Shown one piece after another: positions 10,901 to 18,222 of a stretch of 64,000 bases of DNA; the stretch's first letter is position 1; each line of letters opens with the position of its first letter. A program made the position numbers and the translations under genes. Below the pieces are notes generated by a model, which worked only from the letters and a program-made list of their open reading frames with translations, searched no databases and was not told the DNA's origin. The stretch covers positions 186,001 through 250,000 of the forward strand of contig OX337235.1 of assembly GCA_946965045.2 (NCBI GenBank). The letters run 5' to 3'. The DNA comes from Epithemia pelagica. Taxonomy: Eukaryota; Protista; Bacillariophyta.

Positions 10901-12806
10901 CAGCATGTTTCACTGCGTCCACAAACTTGGTATTGCCAAAAGGGGCATTATCCGCCAGATACGACTTGACGGTGACTCCATGGTCCTGTGCAAACCGTTC
11001 GAACTGAAGTTTGGCTTCGATGGTTTCACCAGTGTTTAGGGAGACTTGATGTACACAATGCATCAGTCCCGTAGCATGGTCGATAAAGAGTGTACCGCCA
11101 GTGTACTGGTCCTTCTTTGGTTCTTTGCCGCGTGTATGCGGAAGACGGCCAGTCAACGTCGAGTCATATTGGTCAAGACTGACGCAGTCACCGGGACGAA
11201 GATTATTTGACCGAGTGACCATAAAACGACCATCCTTGGTGTTAGTGTGCTGTGTGTTTGCACCGCGACGCCGCTGTTTTCCCAATTGACAGGCGGCACA
11301 TCGCAAACTGTTGACGGGACAACTTGACACGTGACGGTGTCGTGTCCGAAGGATTCGGCGTCGATCGGTTTTAGGATCTCGACACAAATCTTGGATCCAC
11401 TCAAAATTCGCATGGCCTAGCTTCCAGTGCCATGTCAACAGCTCTCTTTGAGCCTGTGTTACATTTTGATTCACTTCGTCCGCTACCGACATCAAACCAT
11501 GACAATCAAACTCTTTGGACAATGCCATGACATCTTCAAAGGCAAGTCCCATCTTGGTTTGGCGGCCAGACAGCATTAAGGGGAGATTGCTGTTGGGATG
11601 AAAGGGAAACTCTAGTTCGCTTCCATCATGAAGAGTCAACCTGGAACGGAAGGCATTAACCGACAATTCGCCTTTGGCTTGTTCTTGGAAGTAGGTTTGG
11701 GGGCTAAACAGGCGGATTTGCGCCTCTGGAACGTAATAGGCACGTGTTCGGATGGTTCGTACCACTCCAAACACGTCCTTCAGTGTCCAGGCAGCCATCC
11801 CTACTCCAACCACAGTCGTTGTACTCGACAATCCATTGAGCTCGGTTGTCTCGCAATCCTTGATTGGTCCATCGAAATCTTCCAGCCGAGGAGTCAAAGA
11901 CGTTGATGCTCCTGTATCAATCACTACAGGAAGGTCGGCATCATCGGCTGCATTGAGATAGACTGACATGCGTTGCTGCAGCAAAGGTGGCAGTGATCCT
12001 TGTTTGACTTGGGAAGGCACAGCACCAGTCAGCTTGGCAGCAGCAATCATTGCTTTCTGCATGCGTTTCTTTGGTGCATGACTTTTGGAGAAAGGTGACC
12101 CACTCAGTACCCGTATAGCGTGGAACTGGGCTAGAGGATCTGGACCTTTTCTTGGCCAAGGCTTGAAGATGGCATCTTCCAGCTCCTCCATCGTTCCAAA
12201 CCAACGAGAAAGTCGCTCTGATGTTCGATCTGGCGGCTCCTCTTGTTGTATTGTCCACGTTGTAGGGACATAGATTCCTTGGAAGTTAAACTCATAGCTA
12301 TCCGTTGCACTTCTTCGTGGTATGGTAGCTTTCTTGTGTTTCGGTTTCTTGCCTCGCCTTGCGCGTCGTCTTGGAAGGCGCGCTCTGGCTTTAGTAAAGG
12401 GAGTCCGTTGAATATCAATCGTACCAGCCCATGTAACCGTCGAATCCGTTACGACGTTAAAGGCCATACTCTGTGTGGTAAAGCGCCGTCGTACGTGATA
12501 AATCCGAGTCTTGCGACGTCGTCGTATCTGGTTGGGACCAAACATCGCACGCGAAAAAGGGTTGCGTCCACGTGCACCTCCCTCTCGCAAACAGATGGAG
12601 ACGAAAGACGCACAAGCGAACGGACAAAGGGGGCAATACTGTGACTCAAAGGACAAGGCCCAGTGCATCATGGAACGAAAACACAAAACGAGGATCACAG
12701 AAAAAGAAAACAACAACCAAACTGAGGTTACCCAGGTATCCCTCCTGGGAAGAGAGGTTTGAGGGAAAGGGTGGCCTGCATCGACACGAGGTCGACGGCC
12801 ACGCCA
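7914..12806 (-). CDS. pol: Copia Pol (protease, integrase, reverse transcriptase, RNase H)
   Basis: Protease VIDTGAS; pre-integrase/zinc WHWKLGH...CAACQLGK; integrase SLDQ...ADN...NGVAER; RT KRKR...KARFCARG and YVDD; RNaseH FVDADFAG...WEDN...QRADILTK. The frame is open right up to the gag stop, so the translation start is uncertain. Confidence 0.95.
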   Translation of the reverse strand, partial: WRGRRPRVDAGHPFPQTSLPRRDTWVTSVWLLFSFSVILVLCFRSMMHWALSFESQYCPLCPFACASFVSICLREGGARGRNPFSRAMFGPNQIRRRRKTRIYHVRRRFTTQSMAFNVVTDSTVTWAGTIDIQRTPFTKARARLPRRRARRGKKPKHKKATIPRRSATDSYEFNFQGIYVPTTWTIQQEEPPDRTSERLSRWFGTMEELEDAIFKPWPRKGPDPLAQFHAIRVLSGSPFSKSHAPKKRMQKAMIAAAKLTGAVPSQVKQGSLPPLLQQRMSVYLNAADDADLPVVIDTGASTSLTPRLEDFDGPIKDCETTELNGLSSTTTVVGVGMAAWTLKDVFGVVRTIRTRAYYVPEAQIRLFSPQTYFQEQAKGELSVNAFRSRLTLHDGSELEFPFHPNSNLPLMLSGRQTKMGLAFEDVMALSKEFDCHGLMSVADEVNQNVTQAQRELLTWHWKLGHANFEWIQDLCRDPKTDRRRILRTRHRHVSSCPVNSLRCAACQLGKQRRRGANTQHTNTKDGRFMVTRSNNLRPGDCVSLDQYDSTLTGRLPHTRGKEPKKDQYTGGTLFIDHATGLMHCVHQVSLNTGETIEAKLQFERFAQDHGVTVKSYLADNAPFGNTKFVDAVKHAGQSLSFSGVGAHHQNGVAERGVRTVTSWARTMMLHAVLHWPEHAHDLSLWPFALNHAVWMWNNLPKRGSFMAPLELFSGTVFPTLDHLHRSHVWGCPVYVLDPKIQDGKKLPKWSPRARRGQYLGVSPDHSSTVGLILNIATGYVSPQYHVVYDDLFSSVPNAETGGVLQQDMFTGSFWDQLVACGLERIDDGDFEDEQPQPPPLHQDWLTPDEIDALRHQQNDMARINPLPMPPILPPRAPAPEGAAAPEGALVPLAPEGEDNGDGEINDGEPLFPPLDLDVEPNPPAAPPDDDPQDLIPPLVMDGVWDGPNNSTIDSGDEVVIFENEEQDVEDPVRAQEKMRRAQHLEQPDEMHFGRGKRARKPNPKYAAYSRERWKEHALFGHDDYARLKVKRDCLNDSFLARLDWTSTIRDLKSSQSTLMSRILAMNTNPKTGTVEAMHPMFLITKADAADNPRWNEAMSGPDAAGFMEACKKEIDTLFRLMKAWIVVDREPWMNVIPSTWAFKRKRFPDGTVKKLKARFCARGDYQVEGIDFFDTFAPVVNWTTVRLMLILSIILNLATVQVDYTAAFLHAPIDRDPKWDSMTRQERERSGVYVEMPRGFGQDGKVLKLKRSLYGLKQAPRNFFQHFKGQLERVGFVAQDSVDPCLFISDKVIAVVYVDDTLFYSPKREYIDEVLNRLKTEEHAELDVEDSVAGFLGVHIERDETQGTIKLVQKGLIKRILEALQVGDLDRSCTPALSKPLIEDKNGDPPQGRYNYASVIGMLQYLQAHSRPDITYAVSQCARFAFSPKRSHEQAVEKIGQYLKHTQDQGLILKPATSLDIDCFVDADFAGLWPYEEKLDSTCVKSRTGFVICLANCPMVWTSKLQTSIALSTMEAEYNALSESLKSVLPLQELLTHVAEGVGLSKEYTTTFKTTIWEDNMGALTLANLEPGRITPRSKYYAVKIHWFRQHISDRLRVVKVDTTQQRADILTKGLTQTTFEHIRKLLCGW

Positions 12807-14399
12807 TCAAGATAAGTTCTGCACCTGGGTCATTAAAGACTCAAGGGTGCGCTCAAGAACGCGACGAGACTGAGCGTGGGTCGTCGCAGCAGAGCCAGTG
12901 GCAGCAACATTGGCAGTGGCACCAGCAAACCGCACTGGGGAGGTCGAGGTCGAAGAGTCGGTTGCTGGAGCGGCGTGATCGTTGGCAACATTGCCTTGAG
13001 GCTTGTTCCAACGTTTGGTAGTGGCATCCCAGTGCATGGTTTTGCCATCAATGATGCGCTTGCCATTCTCGTCGGACGAAGGAGGGCGCCACTTGTTAGA
13101 GCTACGGTTACGATCGCCATTGCCGTTGCCAGCGCTGGCCTTCTTCTTGGCCTGATATTTTTGACGATTGGCCTCAATGAGGGCTTCGTTCTTTGGTTTG
13201 GGGCAGTCCTTGATGGTATGTTCCCCACCACAGTTCCAACAGACGGGCTTCCATTTCCGAGAACTGCCGGAATCAGCCGTGAGGCCACCAGCCGTGAATG
13301 TAGAGGGGCTTCCCCGTGTCTTGCTCCCCGTCCAATCGTTGGAGCGACAAAGGGAGAGATATTCTTGCTCGGCTAGATCCAACAAGGCTTCAACAGAGGG
13401 GATCTGGAACTGTGCTTGGGTAGATGGCGTAGAGCGAGTCAAGGCGCCAGCAATGCGTGCTTGGCTCTCAATTAGCTCAAACACTTTATTAAACTGATCC
13501 ACGGAACTAGTCTGTAAGACCTTTAGAACCGTTTTAGAGAAATCATCGGGAACATTCGAAATTGCCTCCAATCGTTCGTGAGCACCGAGGATGAGGCTTA
13601 CGATCTTAGAAACATTCTCCCCACGGACTTTAGAAATCTTAAGATTTTCAACTGTGTCTACAAGATTCTTCGTTGCTTGTTCGGTGTGGGTCACGAGAAG
13701 CTTCATCATGATCACAAAAAGTAAAGGACCACCTTGCTGTTCGGTCTTGTAACGTTTGTACCGTTCATAGACCTTGGTCCAAAGGGAATTCTTCATGCTG
13801 GCCTCAAGTTGCTTCGCGGTTAACATTAAGTTTTCACGATACCAAGACTTACTCGGCCATGTGGAATACCACTCGTTACTGGCAGCGACTTCTTCTTCTG
13901 AGAGATCTGCATAGAACAGATATAAATCCTTGGGTGTCGTATTCGTCTTGAGGTTCGGTCCTGTTCCATCAGGTACAACAATAGTAAACACATCATGCAT
14001 GTCGTACGTAATATGTTGGCTCTTCAGACGAGACACCAAAAGATTCAAATTGTAACACTCCTCCAGCTGTTTCACGTCTGTGATGTTAGCTGATAGGAGA
14101 TCAAACTTGGCAGGGGTTGAAGTAGCAGCCTTCGAGAAGAGTTCCTGGCGCTTCTCTGCACCCATCCCTTCTCGGTCTTCTTTCTTGAACAGGGCTGTCT
14201 CCACATCTTCAGACCGTGTGGCACTTGTGTTCACTTCAACCTCTTCTCCGTTAATAATTACTTTATTACTCATTGTTTCGATACTACTTAAACTTGAGTC
14301 TTCAGAGGACGACCAACCTGGTATTCTCGTGGAACCGGAATCCAAGCTTGAGTCTTCAGCAGCTGCTCCTACTCTGAGAAAGTCAGCTATCCTTTCCAT
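12807..14399 (-). CDS. gag: Copia Gag with CCHC zinc knuckle (530 aa)
   Basis: ATG ORF ~200 nt inside the 5' LTR; knuckle CWNCGGEHTIKDC; ends in TGA at 12807-12809. Confidence 0.92.
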   Translation of the reverse strand: MERIADFLRVGAAAEDSSLDSGSTRIPGWSSSEDSSLSSIETMSNKVIINGEEVEVNTSATRSEDVETALFKKEDREGMGAEKRQELFSKAATSTPAKFDLLSANITDVKQLEECYNLNLLVSRLKSQHITYDMHDVFTIVVPDGTGPNLKTNTTPKDLYLFYADLSEEEVAASNEWYSTWPSKSWYRENLMLTAKQLEASMKNSLWTKVYERYKRYKTEQQGGPLLFVIMMKLLVTHTEQATKNLVDTVENLKISKVRGENVSKIVSLILGAHERLEAISNVPDDFSKTVLKVLQTSSVDQFNKVFELIESQARIAGALTRSTPSTQAQFQIPSVEALLDLAEQEYLSLCRSNDWTGSKTRGSPSTFTAGGLTADSGSSRKWKPVCWNCGGEHTIKDCPKPKNEALIEANRQKYQAKKKASAGNGNGDRNRSSNKWRPPSSDENGKRIIDGKTMHWDATTKRWNKPQGNVANDHAAPATDSSTSTSPVRFAGATANVAATGSAATTHAQSRRVLERTLESLMTQVQNLS

Positions 14400-14593
14400 T
14401 CACTGGAAAATCGCAACGAAACCACCTGGTTCTTGCTTCTTCGACGCACCACCGTTCTTTAAACGGGCTATCGAAACTGGTAGGTCTTGGGGAGTTCAAC
14501 GGCCGCTTGTACGGATTTCCTCAACGTCAAACGCTTGAACTGGTCCACCAAATCGTTATGGTCTTTTCGCAACAGGCTTCAATGCGTGATGCT

Positions 14594-14606
14594 TGGGCTC
14601 ATAACC
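14594..14606 (-). other. Primer-binding site GGTTATGAGCCCA (internal, half-tRNAiMet type)
   Basis: Directly abuts the 5' LTR. Complementary to the initiator tRNA-Met anticodon arm (UGGGCUCAUAACC), as in Drosophila copia (GGTTATGGGCCCAG). Confidence 0.85.
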
Positions 14607-14775
14607 TGAAAAGGGTATGTATTCGTAAAATTATGATAGAAGATTACCTAGTTCGTACGTTCCTAAAAGATATGCAAGTAGTGCGTCATCCAGAGTGTGA
14701 GGCTGGTTGGGCAAGGTGACGTCGACCCTATACGTCAGCCCTATGGCTAGTCTCCATTAGGTCGCGCCCTTTTCA
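14607..14775 (-). repeat. 5' LTR (169 bp)
   Basis: Identical by eye to 7678-7846. Confidence 0.97.
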
Positions 14776-14899
14776 CCTGAGTCCCACCAACTGCCGCACC
14801 ACCTAGCGAGAATATCTTTTTCTTGTCTTTTGCCCCACCCCACACGTGCCAAAATCTTTGTCGCAGATTTTGCTCCTTGCATACCGTATCTTGGACGAT

Positions 14900-15147
14900 A
14901 ACCTTCCAGCACGTGAATTCCTGTCGATTGTTGACAATGATGCATCGCTCCGTCAGCCCAAAAAGACCCTCTCAACGGCTACGCTACACAAATCATGGCT
15001 CTGTCCGTGCCAATTAGTAGCGAACCTCCCTGCGTGTAAATTCTTGTCGATTGTCGACAATGATACATCGCTCCGTCAGCCTCTTCCTGGTACCCTCTCA
15101 ACGGTAAAGCTGCGATTGTCAACCATGAACCATCGCTCTGTTTGAGC
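14900..15147. repeat. Two degenerate ~123-bp tandem repeats upstream of PLAT-like gene copy 2 (homologous to 1623-1916)
   Basis: Shared core tgt(t/c)gacaatgat(g/a)catcgctccgtcagcc occurs twice here and in degenerate form twice at 1623-1916. Confidence 0.8.
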
Positions 15148-15292
15148 TTTCCACGATGCAATCATGAGGAAATCAACCCTTTGGAACGAACTTCTCCCCC
15201 CTCCACAAGGCTCATAAATTTGCCTGGACGAGTTCAGCAAACCTCCTCTTTCAAGAGTCACAACGATCGCCATCACCATTTCCCTCATCAAC

Positions 15293-15982
15293 ATGTTGAA
15301 CAATTTCCTTACCGTTTTGTCCGTGATTCTAGCTCTCACCATAATGTGGATGCCTACGACAGCTGCTCAACGTGGATACCGCGGCACGGTCCACAAGAAT
15401 CTGTCGCCTGAACACACCAAGCCTCGTCGTGTCAAGAAGAATGACGACGATGGAGATGATTTTGATGTCGTTCTTACAGTAACAGTTGCCAGTGGTGTAT
15501 CGGGTGCTGAATCCAACGCAGAAAGGCTTGGTGTGATCTTACGCAATCCAGAACAAGAATACTATGGTGCACTTGTCAACGGTGAGGACGGTTCTTTCGC
15601 ACAGGGTGCTAACGCCACGGTTACGCTCAGGGATGTTCCGTTTTCCGACATTAACTCTCTTCAACTCTATACCGTTTCGGACGATGAGATCAATCTTGTG
15701 GGCGGCACTAATGAAATCGTTGGGGTCTTGGGCCCTGTTTCTCTCAAGTTTTCTGCCTTGGGCTACGATGGAGTCGGTCTTTGGCTCGAGAATCCTATCC
15801 AAGAGTTTGTCAATGATGCTGGTCCCTTCTCCAGTTGCTGGAGGTCTGTGTCAGCGACCCCCCAAAAATTTGCAATCTCCCGTGGGAATAAGCTGGTCTG
15901 TATGATTTCGTATCATTCCAGCAACAAACCATTTTCATGTTTCACTCAATACAATGACGATTCCGTAATATACAAAAAGTGA
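15293..15982 (+). CDS. Secreted protein with putative PLAT/LH2-like beta domain (229 aa)
   Basis: Signal peptide MLNNFLTVLSVILALTIMWMPTTAA. Pattern VTVASGVSGAESNAERLGVIL...GSFAQGANATVTL...INSLQLY resembles PLAT domains; the domain call is tentative. Confidence 0.75.
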   Translation: MLNNFLTVLSVILALTIMWMPTTAAQRGYRGTVHKNLSPEHTKPRRVKKNDDDGDDFDVVLTVTVASGVSGAESNAERLGVILRNPEQEYYGALVNGEDGSFAQGANATVTLRDVPFSDINSLQLYTVSDDEINLVGGTNEIVGVLGPVSLKFSALGYDGVGLWLENPIQEFVNDAGPFSSCWRSVSATPQKFAISRGNKLVCMISYHSSNKPFSCFTQYNDDSVIYKK

Positions 15983-17856
15983 TGCTTCAGTGACCAGAAC
16001 TACTAATGATTTTATGATTGATGAGCTGTGTGTTTTCTAGGCTTGTTGTCTTCTCCTGGCCATAGTGAATGCGGAACGTGCTTGTGACAATGCGTGATGA
16101 AGAGAATGGAACCGCCAAGTTGCAAGTCCAGCCCCTCTAGATGACTTAGCAAGGTACACTCCTGTGGAATCCTTCTTCGACGGAGGTGGTCCGTTCTCCA
16201 TTGATTGGGAGGGCTTCCCAAAGCCGTCCTGCAAAATGTTGCTCGAATCCATCGTAAGGCTAGTTAGCTGGAATAGTACTCTTGAAACATCAGCACCGAT
16301 CACAAACGGTAGAAAGTGGAAAGATCTAAACCCAAACGCACCCCAGATTCTTGGCAGTAGTACGATCATGCAACTATCAATCTACAAGTACATGCAAGCA
16401 AAGAGATTCGTCAACCGTCTCAAAAGAGAATGACTGGGACTGGAAAAAGTCTTCTACTAGCCGCCGAGTTTAGAGAGACTATTGGGCAGGCGAGTCCCTT
16501 CCTTGAACAAAATGTCTCTCTGCTAAGTAGAAGAAGTAGGATTCCTGTCTGTATTCGGCATTTGGCATCTTCGTTGGGTAGCAAAAACTATTGGGTGCAG
16601 AGAGTGGACCCTGGCTCGGATCTTCTCGGATCCCGTGAGGAGAATCGGTCGCGCTTCAATCGGTTTCCAGTCCCAGGACCACACTTTGTGCTATCAGGTG
16701 CTATCTACACTCCAAAAATCTTCCCATAGACAAAGAAGTGATGTACTCCCACCTCCCACGCCTATTGAAGTATGGACGAAAGGTGAATGATTGTTGAGAA
16801 AAGAGTATCCTCCTGTGCACCATGATTTTACATTATTTTACGCAACGATCGATTGTCTGGAGTCTAGGTAGTAGTAGGTAGGTAGGTAGGTACTGATAAG
16901 CTGGACCTACTCGTGGCTCATCATACCGAGACTCACTACTTGGACTTGAACCACCTGCCCGTGGCCTTGGCCATGACAAAATGCCATGGCCATTCAACCT
17001 AGAAACCAGTGAGAGATATCGTTTGGTGTGTTGCATGGAAGCGCGAATTAGAGACAGCGGCAGCTCTCCCATTTTTGGCCCGGCCGATGCCTACATGCAT
17101 TATGCATGACCTTTTTTGGAGCCGTTTGAAAGATTTGTCGAGAGAGGAGCACCACATTTTACTTTTTCAAATGGCACATGGCACATGGCACATGGATGGT
17201 GCGAGTCCGTTGCGATTGGCAGTGGTTCCACGACTTCCTCCCCGTGTCCAACCGTTAGCCGATCGCATGCCAAACACATAGAGATCCTTGAAGACAGATC
17301 GTTTGAGTTCACTTCGAGGATCTATAATTCGGTGGGAGTCGTATGCACGAGGATAGGCCGCCGCGGGAGTCTTCCCTCCAAAGACCAAAAACTTTCCACG
17401 TGGAATCTTTTGGTGAGTCCTCGACCGCGATTGGATGTCGCGCCCAAACTTGCGCGCGCCCGTCAATCATGAAGGCATCGGATTTTAAGAGCCATAACGC
17501 TTCTCCAACCGATGCAATAGCCAATCAGGATCGCCAGTCGTCACATCCAACGCCACATAATGAGTGTTCCACAACGCATGGCCAATGGCCACCCGCGACT
17601 ACGTGTACGAGCAAGGAGAAAAGAAGGGAAGGAAGGCATCCGCCCTTATTATTACTTGTGTCTTTGGCAGCTTTCTGTTGATTTGGCGGAGAACCATACT
17701 TAGACATTACTCAAAGAACACATTGACGCAGCCCACCCTCTGCAATCGTTTAAGTTGTCGCATTGTTTCAAAGCGGGGTACATCCATGCTCGTTTCTGGT
17801 GTGGCGTCTCTTGTCTTGGATCGGACAGACACTGCCATTCTCACATTTCCCTCCTT

Positions 17857-18167
17857 TTGATTTGAACGGGGGTGTGTGATACACACGACGACGAGATTGA
17901 GATCCAATTACTCTTTCTCTCCTAAATCATCGTATTCTGGATCGTTCCTGAGTCCTGACGAGGAAGCAACAAGCAACCCCCCAAACGCACAAGGCGACCC
18001 AGAAAACGAGACGATTGCTCTTGATTTGAACGGGTGTGAGTGTGTCATACGCACGACGAGATTGCGATCCAATTACGCTTTGCTCTCCTAAAGCATCTTT
18101 GATTCTGGATTGTTCCTGACGAGGAAGCAACCCCCCAAAACACACAAGGCTACCCAGAAAACGAGAC
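17857..18167. repeat. Tandem duplication (~164 + ~147 bp) just upstream of the 18223 ATG
   Basis: ttgatttgaacggg...cgacgagattg.gatccaattac...cctgacgaggaagcaac...cccagaaaacgagac starts at 17857 and 18021. Confidence 0.85.
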
Positions 18168-18222
18168 TATCTCTAGTAGAGTTTGCTTGCCTGCTTGCTC
18201 CATTCAGTCCAGCAGCAGCATA

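Larger units (their letters stand above)
7678..14775 (-). mobile_element. Full-length Ty1/copia (CoDi-like) LTR retrotransposon, 7098 bp
   Basis: Two identical 169-bp LTRs (TG...CA, 9-bp terminal inverted repeat TGAAAAGGG) and 5-bp TSD CCTGA (7673-7677, 14776-14780). PBS and PPT present; domain order gag-PR-IN-RT-RH. Confidence 0.98.

Noticed and set aside
8083-14538. Many antisense and alternate-frame ORFs over the retrotransposon and other long genes
   Set aside because: Shadow ORFs expected from codon bias in GC-balanced coding DNA; none has independent motifs.
16000-17520. Non-coding stretch with (GGTA)n and TGGCACA repeats as a possible mobile element
   Set aside because: No TIRs, LTRs, TSD or coding remnant found.
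17945-18165. Hammerhead ribozyme suggested by CTGACGA...GAAA in tandem repeats (also CTGATGA at ~2813)
   Set aside because: Could not build stems I-III around the core by eye; an Infernal search would be needed.
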